From NCBI GenBank assembly GCA_965202585.1, contig OZ241828.1, positions 81,282,001-81,346,000 of the forward strand: a stretch of DNA of 64,000 bases, given 5' to 3'. Below are positions 51,481-64,000 of this stretch, piece after piece. Position numbers and translations under genes: made by a program. This DNA is from Thalia democratica. Lineage: Eukaryota. The stretch's first letter is position 1. Every line of letters begins with the position of its first letter. The notes beneath the pieces are model-generated. The model saw nothing but the letters and a program-made list of their open reading frames with translations. It searched no databases and was not told the origin of the DNA.

Positions 51481-54400
51481 TGGGGTAATATCCTTTGTGA
51501 CTTTGACTTATTGTCACCAACTTTCTGTGACTTAAGGACTTAAATTGTGTCTCTGTGCTTTTGGTGGTTTGCTTTAACTTTAACATTGTCACCAACATTC
51601 TGTAATTTATAAGGACTTAAATAGTACTAAAACTCTTTGTGACTTATTTTGACTTATTTCACAAATTTTTGTGACTTATTAGGAATTAAATTGTGTCAAT
51701 ACCCTTTGTTGTTTATTTTGACTAAAACATTGACACAAACTTTCTGTGATTTATCAGGACTTAAATTACGTAAATAATGTTTGTGGCTCATTTTGATTTA
51801 AGCAATGTCACTAATTTTCTGTCACTTATAAAAACTTAAATTTTGTTTAATAACCTTATTACTTCTTACCTAAACCCAATATACTACTTTGTTCAATATT
51901 ACCCCTATTGTCTATTGGTTCTTTAAAACCTCTATTCATTCTGATATAAGTAAAAACTCAAAGGCTTTTGAATGTAAATAATGTAGATAGTAAATGTAAG
52001 TATTGCTTTTTAAAAATTAAATGCAAGCTTTATTGTAAAAATTCTCTAAATCTACAATTCAATAAAGTACAATATATAATAAAAATTACAAAAATATAAT
52101 ATTTTAAGATAAATATGTGATAAAAACTACCTTCGAGATAGTTAATAGTAGAGTTCTTCAGGGTAAAATACTGTCTTGGTTATTTGTGACTGTTACCTAA
52201 AACAGTAGTTATTCTTTACCCGAGGACCCCATGTAGGTTTCTAATGTAGTGTACAACCACACTAAAATCCATAGTTAAGTTTTAACTGAATGTACTAAAT
52301 GCTGTTATTAATTGTTACTTAGGGCTACTCTATGTAAAACTAGGCATAACATCAATAAACTTATTGTATTAAAAAACAATTGCAAACACTAACAAATATA
52401 TAAGAAACATCACATTTTAGAAAATTCCTTTTATGTGGTCAAAACTTTTACCAATATTTAATCTAACAAAAAAAAATTGTTTATAAAATAAAATAAAGTT
52501 TAACTACTTAAAATATAAATAAAAATTCATTCAAAAAGTGACAATACCAAAAAAATACTTTATATAACACAAGAAAACAATATTAAAGTCTATTCTTAAC
52601 AACATTTAACTGCAGCAAGCTGTGGCTAGAATGCTTTTCTACTCCAACTGTTCAGAGTTAATATATATGGATGTAATATAGGAATGTAAACTTTAATTAA
52701 TAAACTCATGTCAGCTCTTTATTTTCTCCTTATCTAGACCTGCATCAGTGTAACACGAAAGTCTTGCGAGCTTTCTCATAAACGCTTAGATAGACACGAA
52801 ATTTAACTGAAAATTTTTAAAAAACTTTAATTCAAAAAGTTAACAAATGCAATTTGATATCCTGATTCCTGTTACAATACAAAACCTATACAAATACATT
52901 TACAGAACATTAAAATCTCCCTTCTATAAAAACTCCGAAATACTTAGTGTAAGTTTCAAACTTCTCATAATATTACTATCTTAAATTTTACTACTGCTTT
53001 TTACAAACTCTAAAAATCTGGCGTAGTTTGGCATTTTTTTAAATTCTGCAAATGCCAAAAAAATTCTATCTTTCTAAACCTCACTAGTTAGTTATTACCA
53101 CCCTATTTATTGAAAACGCTCAAAAAATGCCGATATCGCCCTTTTTCGGAAACCTGGTTTAAATCAATCTTTGAAACTTTAAAAAAACTTGAGTGTGTTT
53201 CAAAGCTTTTAAGGAATTTCATCTAAGCTAAGTGAATTGCAGTTTTAAATTAAATTAATTCAAAAAGCTTTAATGACTACATTTAGTTATTAGTAATCAA
53301 AAACAGCTTTGAGTTTATATTTTAAACAGCTAAAACTCAGTTTATTTTTAAACGTTTTTACCTAGTTTTTAATTTGAAATCATTGCTAAAAAAAATTTGT
53401 ATTTTAATCAAATATAACACAGTAAAAAAAGTTAAATGATTATAATCTGTTTTTATGTGATAAAAATAAAAAATATATATATAACTGTATATTTCAAGTG
53501 GTTTCTTTAGAAAAATTTAACATTTTTATACTTTTAACCTTATAAAAAAAACTTCATTATATTAAACAGAACTCTTTAAAATTAAGTGATAGCTATTTAT
53601 CAAAGGAATTACTTACATTGAAATGATAGCAAACAAAATGAAGAAGTTTATTTTCCAAAAACTAACTAAAACAAGTTTTAAGGACTTAGTTTTGTACAGC
53701 TCAATTCAGGCGAGTGACTTGGATTTTTCAAAAAGGACACCTTTTTTCTTTTGTTCATTAGTTTTTTATAAATTAGTTTTGAATAAAATACTTTAAACTT
53801 GAAGTAAGTGACTGTGTCTCGATAAAAGTACCCGACGTGGTGTCTATTGTAACCAATCGAAATTGCTAGGGGTAATTAAATGGGGATAGATATTTTTAGA
53901 TAAGATAAATACATCTAAGATACTTAAAAGTCAAAAAAGTTTATTTACAAATATAAAATAGTCACACGACACACTAACTAAAACTACAATTGAACACAAG
54001 TAACAAGAAGTTTCTTAAACTAAAGAAAACGGAGTATTTCAGACTTGAACTTAAACATTTTATAATACAACATTTCGAGCTTTACCAAACACCTGATACT
54101 GCTACAGTGCTACTGCAAGTAAATGCAAGTAAAATTCCGTTTTATAAGCACTGAAATAAATGTAACTCCTTTATTTGTTTTAGAAAATCGTTTTAAGAGT
54201 TATAAAAATTGTTTTGGAAAAGCTTGTTTTGAAAATAAGGAAAAATGTTTTGGAAAAGCTTTTATTGTTACAAAAAATTTCATATTTATTCACAAGCTTT
54301 AAAATACTAAAATTAAATGTTAGTTTCATTACAACTGTTATTATGTAATAAACTTCGTAAAGTTAAATATAAATAAAAGTTTATAAATTTTATTGATAAT

Positions 54401-57400
54401 TTTTTTGATTGAAAATAAATTGATTTAGAAACATTTTAAGTGGCCTTTCTTTTAAATTAGTTATAGAAAGCATTCTATAAAAATAAGAATTTAAAAAAAA
54501 GTTTTTATTCCTTCAAATGAAACTGACATTATGACAACCAACTTGTTGTATGAAAATATTAGCCACTTATTTCAAATTCTAGCTAAAGCTGTAACAATTG
54601 TTTATAACTTGAATAATAATGTAAATTAAATAATTATGATTTCCTTTAAGATATTTCTAAGAAATTAGAACTTTAACTCTTTCATATCTAAAAATTTTAT
54701 CTTAATTAGAAAAAATATTTAAATCACTATTATTTAATTTATAAAAGTTGGAAAACAACTATAAAAGAACTAAAAATTAAGCATAAAACTTAAGTAAAAA
54801 AATTAATATTAAAGAAACATAAACAATATTTAGAAAATTAAAGTTTTAAAGAAAAACTTGAAATGTCTTCATATTAATGACATGGTCAAAACTTTAAAAG
54901 TTAACTCAAGTAGAAAATATAAAAATAAAACTCATTATAAAAGATTTGGAGAAACTGTTTTAGTATAATCAAGTTTTCAGTTTTAATACAACTAAAATGA
55001 ATAAAAAAGTTTGCTAAACGTATTTTTTTATGGCCAACAAAGTGTAGTTTAACTTAATTTATTAACATTGAATACCTTTAAAGTAAAGTTTAACTTTACT
55101 TTATGAAAAAAAATGCAAAATCTAATTTATAAGTTATTTAAGCATTTTCAAAAGAAAACTTAAAGCATTTCAGTAAAAGCTCTCCTTTGGAAAACAGGAA
55201 ATAAGTTTGAATTCATTATAAAAGTAAAACAGGCTTTACCTTTTATAGATTATGACCCCTGAAGATAAAAATGGTTTTGACTGATTGAATAAAAATAAAG
55301 TTGAAAAGACTGAATTTAGGATAAAAAAAGTACCTTATTTAAGAAAATGGTCAATCTTAATTTAAAAAACCTTATTGTAAAATAATTAAGATGTGTACCA
55401 TAAATTATAAAAGCTATCAAAGTCTTGTATGAAAAAAAGTTCGACTATTGGTTGTTTTACTACACTATTACTGAAGAATTTTAAGTAAAATTTATATAGT
55501 TAAAATGAATGGTAGCTAGAAGTCTGTAAATAAAGTTCATCAATCATAAAAATATTGCTTAGAAATGAATTCCATAATGAATTTATTCTTTCAAGAATTT
55601 ATTTTACAAACTAAGTTTCGGTCAAAGACCTAGTCAGTGCTTAAATAAATCTAAAAAAAATATTAAGTAGTCTCAAATAGAATTTAGTATTTATTAGATA
55701 GTAATTAAATAAGGTATTATTTAATTATGATGGGGAGTACTAATAAGTTAGTACTACCACAATCCAATGCTACACTACTATATGTTTAGCATTTTGTCAT
55801 AAAATCAACAGAAATAACCAAACAAATTTTCAACATCCAGAATAAGTTATCATTTTTACACAAATAAAAAACAATCCGCTAAGTTCACCAAAGAGTCGTA
55901 GTAAGTTGATTATTAGTTCACAAATATATATAATAAAAATCATGGAGTATTTTAAAATAGATCAATGTAGTTTCAATGAATCTAGGTATTATAAAATGTA
56001 AAGGTATTTAGCTCAATTTTTATGTAAAACTACTTGTAAATCTTGAAAACTAAAATAATTTTGTTTTTGAGGCTTAAGGGGGTTTTACAAGGTTATTAAC
56101 AGAGCAAAAACCAATAATGTAGAGAGTGATAACTATTATTTTGTTGTACTGTAATATATATTTGTTTGTCTTACTTAAAAAGATTGCTCAGTTTACTGAA
56201 ATGTAAAGAGTTTATTTAAATAAAGATGTGCTTATTAAATACTTGGTTATGGTTAACTTTAGGTGAGCACATATCAAGCTGAAATTATAATATATTTGAT
56301 ATGTTATTTAATCATAATTTTAGGCTAAAAAATTACTTTTTATAAATAAATAAATAAAATCAAACTTATATATCATAACTAAGAAACTTATATACTTAAT
56401 TGCTTTTAATTTACAATATTTATTAATATAATTTAATTTACAAATATTTTATTTACAACCAGGTTTTGCTGACAAAATATGTTATGTGCTGTCTAGTATT
56501 TTAATTAACTTGAAGAGGTTATTATCACTGAAATTTGGTTGTGAATAAAATATTTAATTAGAACATCTTTATTTATTATATATTTACTGTAGTAGTTCTA
56601 CTGTAGTAGAACATTTTTTAAGGGCTTAACATTGGAAATTTTAGTTACAACTAAAAGCATAAATACTGCATATTTTTTGGTTTTCAAAAGTTACATAAGT
56701 AAATTTTTTAATAAAAAAGGATTTTTTGAATTAAATTTGTGTTATTGATTCTATGTTATCTTTTAAGCTTCTAAAAAACATTTAAATTAAATTATATTTC
56801 AACTAAACCTCAAGTTGGTATTTTTTCAGTTTAAAGATTTGAAAAAAAAAAACAAATAGGAGCAAACAATAACATATAAAATTTTTAAAGACTGTTATTT
56901 ATTGATTTCTATCTAACTGACTACATTAGCTGTAAATATCTAATATATTTACTGAACACTAGAGCTATCATACAGCTTATTTGTAGAATATTTTTGGTAA
57001 AATTTTAATATTTTGTTTCTAGCTGTTACTTGCCCAATATGATTTGTTAAAAAATATATGCAATAACATGCATTAACAAAAAGATTCCTAAGAGCTTACA
57101 TTTAAAATCAGAGAATTCAAAATTAAATTTACGTCGGAGCCAGGCATATTTAATAATACTGAAAATAAGCCTTTGAAAAACTTTTGAATAATACTTGCTT
57201 GAATTAAAACAAAATTAATATGAGTTTAAATAAAATAGGTAACATAATAATTTCATTGAATACATTGAAATAAACTGTTAAGCATCTTTACATCTGTAAA
57301 TGCCATAAACTTACAATGAAAAGAAGATAAAACTTATACTTGAAAATAAGTTGATCCATAAAATAATAAGTTCTGAAAGGAGTTCAAGTCTGGAACAATA

Positions 57401-59298
57401 TTAAAAAAACTCAAACATTCAAAAAACACCTATGGATACCCTTCTAAAGGCTAAAACTTTTACTTGAAACTAAACTAATGTTTTTATTGTATATAACTAA
57501 GCTACTTTTAAAAGGTGAGTAGCAACATTTTCTTTGTTACACAACAAAACAAATTATTTTTAAAGTTTTTTAATTGGTCACATCTCAAAAAGTAACTCAA
57601 AATTTAAAATATAAAAATTGTACCTGAAGGTCTAATCTAAAAGTGGCAAGAAATTAAGAAATGTATACAAAAAGAATATGTCATAATTACTAATTAAATC
57701 AGTACATTTGTAAGTTTTGACACTTTTTAGCCTTATCTTAAGTAAAAGATTATTTAATAAAAAATTGTTATATTAAGAAATAAATTGTCAAAATTTTAGT
57801 TTTTTTGTACCCATTTTCTTTCTGTATTGATAATTTTTCAAGTGGTTGTATAACTTTGTTCAGTTGTACCCTTTGAGTACAGTTACAAAAGTTTTTTTTA
57901 AAGGTAAAACCTTTTTTTTGATGTTTAGTATTCTTTGTACTGTAAAAATTTTGTATTATACATGTTGTAGTAATTGTGCTAACATTTTAGTTTTATGTTT
58001 AGTTATATTATTTATCTTCTAGAAGACTTAAAACTTGTTTAATGTAGTTAAAAAACACCTGTTAAACATTTAAGGAGAAATTTAAAAGCTATAGAGTTCA
58101 TAGGTAGTACAAGTAATTAAATGTCAGCCTTTCCACAGTTTAATTAAAATAAAGTAATTACAACATATTTTCTAAATAAATATTTAAAAACAACTATAGT
58201 TGACAAATGCATTATAAACAGAAATATTAAAAATGGCTTGAAGAAAATTTTGAGTACAATCTAAATCTATGTGTGTTTCTTATATATATATATATATTGT
58301 CGCACAAATTATTATAATTTGTTTACAAAGATGTATTAATTAGAAACTTGTTTAAGATATTCAAGAAAGTTACTGTAGATTATACTATTTTAAAAAGATA
58401 AATAAGTAGTTTTGATTAATAATTAAATAAGTGTTTTACTTAATATCAGTAAGTGTGCTCTTTTCATATTTTAACACATCTTAGTACATGAATACTTTGT
58501 TTACTAAAAAAAGCATTATCATTTTACTATTTAAAAATTTTGTGTAGTATTTGTATAAAAACATAATTTTACACATTTTGTTGTACTGTGTACTTAAATT
58601 ACAACTGATTTAATGATTTTAGGAAATACATCATTATAAAAACAATTAATAACATAAGTAAGAATACATAAGAAGTAAAAATATTTTAAGAAAACCATTA
58701 GTTGGTATTGGTTCTATAAGTAAATATTTTGAAATGTTAAGTTTTAGAAAAATGTTGTTAACAAGTTTGCTAAAACTGTACTTTTTCAGTTTAAAACAAC
58801 ATACAAGAGTAGTTCATTTAAAAGTGCATTTATTACATTCATAATTTTTATGATCCAGCAGTTTTCTCAATTACTAAATAAAAATCAGTTTGTATGATTA
58901 CAAGAGTATGTTTTAGCATTGGACTTCATAAAAACTCATAAAAACTTAATAAAAAATAGATTTCTTAAGTTATGTATTTAATTTTTAGTTTGTTTTAATA
59001 TGAACTAGTTGAGCAAAACTAAATAATTAAAGTTTGACTAAGTTTAAATAATTTAATTGTGCTAAAATTGGTTTGAGGAAATCACTCAATTATTTAATTC
59101 TAAACAAATTTACTCAACTATGTAATCACTTTGTTGATAAACTGAGTCATCATTTGTACATTCTGCTTCTGTAGTGTATGTTTGTTTTGTAAAGTAAGGT
59201 ATTTGTTTTATATTTTTTTACAATTATTTATTTTGTCAAGTACAAATTTGTTGGTATTTATGTCTGTTGTGTCTGGTCAAAGCCACAAATCTTTGAAC

Positions 59299-59431
59299 CA
59301 GTGTTCTACAGTTCCAATATCTGGATCCCCCCTGATCTGGAAATAACTTACTAACTTTTTTTTTAACCTGGTTGGATTCAGATCTTGGGAAGTTTTGACT
59401 GGATATGGCAATTAAATCAGACAGAACACTT
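59299..59431. mobile_element. Possible degenerate short MITE (hAT-like ends)
   Basis: AGTGTTCT (59300) / AGAACACT (59423-59430) inverted pair with imperfect inner inverted repeats (ATATCTGGATCC versus GGATTCAGAT and CTGGATAT). No TSD found. Confidence 0.3.
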
Positions 59432-59650
59432 TTTTTGAGCTGGAATTCTAATAAAAAAAATTGTTTGAACTTTTTTGTTTTAATTAATTGTGTAAATGTT
59501 ATAGTTAAGTTTTTAAATCTGAAGGAAAACTAATATATTTGAAAGTTGAGTAGTTAGTAAAAAAATAATATTAAATTTTAAACACTTAACAATTTTCAGT
59601 GTATTTAACTACATTTAGGTAGAATAAACTTACTTGTATCTGGAGCAAGA

Positions 59651-61117
59651 ATGGCTGAAAAACGTAAGTTTTTGATTTATGAAATTTTTTGTTGTTATAT
59701 ATATATTTTTTTGTTTCATAAAAACTTCTAAACTAGTGTAAGAAAATCCAAAGTTTAAATAAAATACATACTAAAGCAATATTTGGTAGAATTTTTAAAG
59801 TAAAAAAAAAAAACATAACATGTTATTTAAGTAAAAAAATAATGGATAGGTTAAGCTTTTTTTTTGTATGTATCAACTAGTAAAATAAATTAGTGCAAAT
59901 AGTTTATATAAATATACATTTTATAATCAAAAAACTTAAGTTACTTTTTGTGTATGTTTTCTAATGAATTAAAACTTACTTTTAAATTTGAATTATTTTA
60001 AGTTTACAAGTGTATAAAAAAAATTAAAATGATACATTTTAAAATCCTCCAAAAAAAAAACCCACCTATTTAACCAGCTGGCATTTAAATGTTCATGTTA
60101 AAAGGGTTGCCGTATACTCAGAATAACTCAGTACATTTTTTTTTGGCTCAAAGAATGATAACTCTGTATTAGCTTTATAGTGATATAGAAGCAACACTAT
60201 TTCAATGTTTTAAAAATGAAATATTCTATATAACATACATCAGGACTTGAAGGTTAAAAGTATATAAGCAAAATTTGAATGTGACGTTTTAAAATCCATC
60301 AAAACTAAAAATTAAAATACTTTCCTCCTAATTAACCAGCTAGCATTTAGATGTTCATATTGACTTGATAATGTCATTAAAGCAAAGTAATTTTGAATTT
60401 TTTATAATTACTATACAAAAAATTATAGCACCACCGCCTCAAGCTGGGGCACCACCTCCAATGCAACCTGCTGCTGGGGCGCCACCCGCTGGTTACTACC
60501 CGCCACCACAACAACCGGGGTATTACCCTCCCCCACAACAGGCTGGTGCGTACCCACCACCGCCACCAGGAGGCGCTTATCCTCCGCCGCAAGGGGCATA
60601 CCCACCACCGCAACAAGGTTTTGAAATTAAGAAAAATTATATAAATAACTTTTTACATTAAAGATATTGAAATTATAAAAGTTTAATAAGTTGAGTTGTT
60701 ACTAACAGAAAATATCTCACTTTTGTTGTTTAAGATAATATTAAGGTTATTACTTAGTATAATGAGTTGTGGTGATTGATTTTAAGGTCTGTGTTTTGTT
60801 ACTACAATTTTGATATTTTTACTTTCTATTTCAGTAAATTTGTAATAGTTTCCAATAACTGAGAATTGTTTACACAATAATAGTTTGAAACAATCAATTA
60901 TGTTTCCAGGTTACCCGCAGCCTCAACCTGGTTACCAACCAGCCCCGGGTTACGCGCCTGCCCCTCAACAAGCCCAGTGGATGCCGGCCCCGACAACCAT
61001 ACCCGGTTGTCCACCTGGTCTTGAGTACCTCACTCAGGTAGCCAACTTGTTGCTAGAATACACTTAAGGACACTTATTTACTTATCTTATGTTCTTTAAG
61101 TTTTTTGAAGAGTTTTG

Positions 61118-61151
<34 letters not shown>

Positions 61152-63213
61152 TCTTATCTGTTTACATCTTATTTTCAGTTGTTTGTTGGGTGTATGAATG
61201 TTTATACATAAACCTCTCAAAATATCATATGATACTGATAAAAAATTAAAGTTATTTATTTGCTATTCCATTTTATTAACTTCTAAAATTAGGATACAAT
61301 TGCTTTACATCATTTTGTCAAAAGTACATAGATTAAGATGTTTAGACATAGGATATAGATTAAACTTTTTATATTAAGCCATTTTAACTTTAGTTGTTAA
61401 ATACAAAGTTTTAATAATTTAAAACAGTCTTTAACAAATCTATTTACAAGTTGATTTCTTTTTATAGTATCAATATTAAGGGGATTATTTCTTTTATTTA
61501 AATTGACTTCACTTTGTAAGTTTTTATCCAAACTATAAAATTGCTAAAGATAGAAACATTTTTGAAATACAAAGTAAAAACAAACATTGATTTTTACAAC
61601 CATATTTAAATAAATCATTTTATGTAAAAAAATAAGTGCTTTAAAAAAATAATAGGCTATTTTATTTAAAAACTTGTTTAATTCAAACAACTGTTAAAAT
61701 TAATGTTTTTTTTTTTTCAGATTGATCAGCTCTTGGTGCAGCAAAAAGTTGAACTTTTGGAAGGTAACATTTTTTTTTAAATTATATTTTCTTTACTTTA
61801 ATAAACCATTAACAATTTCAGATAAAAAATACATTCGTTTACACCTCTATTTATGCATTAATTAATTTTTTAACTTATTAAAAGTATATTAATTAAAAAA
61901 TTACATTAAAACAACTATATTTTTTATAAATACTTAGCACATTGCCTTTTATAGAATACACTTTAACTCTATAAAAAGTCTTTTTTATTAGTGTTTTACT
62001 AGTGTTTTTTTTTCTTCTAACAGATTAGCTCCTTAAGAATAAATTTGTAAAAATTACATGTCAAAGTAGACTTTTTTTTGATCAGCTACAATCAAACACA
62101 GTAGTAGTTTATAAACCTAATATCAAACATCAGTTTTACAACTCCTTCAATTTAAAAGTTTCAATTTGAAATTAAGAAAATATGTAACATTTTAACAGTT
62201 TTATTTATAATTCTTTATACCAGATACTGATGTCTTAGATGTTTTGAGTTCCAAAGTAAGGCAAAGTTTATGTAACCTAGGTGAAATTAAATGAATTATT
62301 TACTAAGTTTTAGAAGTTTGCCAACTGTTGAGAATTGATATAGATGAAGCTTAGTATGTAAAAGTGTCAAGTCTGCTGTAAAATTTTTTTGTACGTTTAT
62401 CAAATTCTGTAAAACTATTATATTTAAAAGCATCAAGGCAACAACTATTTTTACTCTTATACAATTCAATGGAAGATTTTCAATTTATTAGTTTATTATT
62501 ATAAAAAATACTTAACCTAGTTGTTAGTTAAACTACAGTGTATAAACAGCATGTAAAAATAATAATCATGTGGACAGTTACAGCTATATTAGTGCTTTTA
62601 TGACAACAAAGTTATAATTAAGAAACTAACTTACTAATTAGTATTCCTAGCTTATAAAGTTAAGCTAACTAATGTTAGTTTATAAAGTAGCTTTACTTGT
62701 ATATGACTCAGGCCAAGTTTTGATGACTCACATCAATAGCTGTCAATGAAAAATGTTTCTTACATAAAAGTTAATTTGATATATTTTTTATTAAAACTTT
62801 TACTTTGTTAAAAGTACTAAATTAAAAACGATGATTATTTGATATTTTATTTTTAAGATTATAATATTATTGTTGTAGTGATAAAATTAATGCATTTTAA
62901 CAATTAAGCTACACATGGGATAAAAATACGTCAAAGTCTTACTTTTTTGATAAATTAAATAAGATTTTGACGCATTTACGAACGCACATTTTTAATTTTT
63001 AAACAAAATTTTAGATTACTATGTAATGCAATAAGAATAAGCAAATAGTTTCCTTTAATTCGTTAAATCCATGATTAATTAAATTTTAAAAACACCGACC
63101 AACTCACAATTCGCAGCTTTTACGGGTTTCGAAACTGCCAACAAGTACCAGATAAAGAACTCTCTCGGTCAGAACGTTTACTTCGCTGTTGAAGACACTG
63201 ACTGCTGCACGAG
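59651..63213 (+). CDS. PLSCR: Phospholipid scramblase family protein, 5' part; continues beyond the window (exons 59651-59663, 60429-60617, 60910-61037, 61721-61763, 63117-63213)
   Basis: Pro/Gly/Tyr-rich N-terminus followed by the family-diagnostic [57 protein letters not shown]. All junctions are GT-AG and phase-consistent (1, 1, 0, 1, 2). The specific paralog cannot be assigned. Confidence 0.95.
61118..61145. repeat. (TA)n microsatellite in a scramblase intron
   Basis: About 14 uninterrupted TA units. Confidence 0.9.
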
Positions 63214-63799
63214 GTATGTTTGCCTTTTTTAACGAAACTTTCAATTAAAATAACGAACTACATTAAGTTAAACATAAGATGTAACTTTAAAAGGCGTTAA
63301 ATCCTGGAGATCCTGATAAGCTAAGCTTATCGGAATATATACCACAGATGTTCTTGTGCTAAAACTTTATTTCAACTAACGGCGTTTCACTGCTCTCAAA
63401 TAAATTTAAGAACAGATCTACGAAGTCTATAAAATATTAACACACATTAGAAAAAAGCAGAAAAGGCATGTATAATTATGTATAGTGTTTATGTAGGTAG
63501 TAACTATAAATGAACTTTATGGTTTAAAAACAAAGTTTTGGATAAAAACATAAAATTATAAAATGGTCTACACAAAATACAAAATTAATGAAAGTAGGCA
63601 CTAACCTCAAAAAGCTCTGAGAATAGGCAAGTTTTTAAAATGAAAATTAAATTGAGTTGTGCAGAAATGTTACGTCATAATAAATTTAACAAATTGGTCA
63701 ATAATTTATAGAGCTTAAAAACATGAAGTATTAAACTTGCAAGTGTATGTGATTGTAATGTGAGTGTTGCGAAATAAATTAGTACAAAAGTAGACAGAG

Positions 63800-64000
63800 T
63801 TATTTAAAGTAGAATCGTCGGTTGTGGGGACAAATATTCGATAAATCTTGCCGCTTATTCAGAAGTAGGTCTTTATCTTCTGCTGCAATTACTGCTCTTT
63901 CTGTATTGCAAGTTGGGCAAATTCTACTTACTCCGTTGGATGCATGTTTGATTTTTGAAACAATACTCCACTCCATGTTCGGCCTTTTACCGTACCTGTG
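63800..64000 (-). mobile_element. C-terminal end of a probable Penelope-like retroelement ORF (tail of a C-terminal GIY-YIG endonuclease), cut by the window edge
   Basis: Stop-free 66 codons from 64000: HRYGKRPNMEWSIVSKIKHASNGVSRICPTCNTERAVIAAEDKDLLLNKRQDLSNICPHNRRFYFK*. This matches from memory the W-S-I...CxxCxxE(K/R)xxI...LLNKRxE/D...C(R/P)H...F tail of marine-invertebrate PLE-type ORFs. Not in the ORF track. Confidence 0.7.

Larger units (their letters stand above)
47955..52862. repeat. Tandem macro-repeat, ~2.3 copies of a 2.1-2.2 kb unit
   Basis: Landmark TAGTGTACAACCACACT at 47963, 50045 and 52247 (periods 2082 and 2202). Shared blocks such as TTAACTGCAGCA(G/A)GCTGTGGCTAGAAT occur in all three copies. 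The third copy ends near 52862. Confidence 0.9.

Noticed and set aside
54750-57480. Stop-riddled Lys/Glu-rich frames suggesting decayed transposase ORFs
   Set aside because: No recognisable motif; such frames are expected in very A-rich DNA.
63960-64000. + strand RPFT as the next scramblase exon
   Set aside because: No phase-2 acceptor and an in-frame TGA just upstream; the - strand PLE-like frame explains this DNA better.

Overview
AT-rich animal genomic DNA with many GT-AG introns, read in the standard genetic code (invertebrate; tunicate-like is only my guess). No rRNA, tRNA or CRISPR features were recognised. I rebuilt genes by hand from splice sites and reading phase, because the ORF track misses or misframes most exons. 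In order: (1) 3' end of a + gene for an orphan protein with two RRM-like segments (95-1246); (2) a complete Ly6/uPAR three-finger GPI-type gene (5136-6470); (3) an intronless secreted Cys-rich gene on - broken by one extra T in a T7 run (9606-10149); (4) a 24-exon type I membrane receptor on - (15596-34648, about 1277 aa, signal exon not found) with 3 Ig domains, 1 atypical Cys-rich cadherin-like domain, 5 FN3 domains, a TM helix and a non-catalytic tail; (5) a candidate small secreted peptide gene on + (35231-35605); (6) a BACK-Kelch gene lacking a BTB domain on - (42427-45155); (7) the 5' part of a phospholipid scramblase on + (59651-63213); (8) the C-terminus of a probable Penelope-like retroelement ORF, antisense in a scramblase intron (63800-64000). 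Repeats include three well-defined MITE-like elements, a 233-bp dispersed repeat in two inverted copies, and a 2.1-2.2 kb tandem macro-repeat with internal ~34-bp minisatellites. All product calls come from motif recognition by eye; no database search was run.
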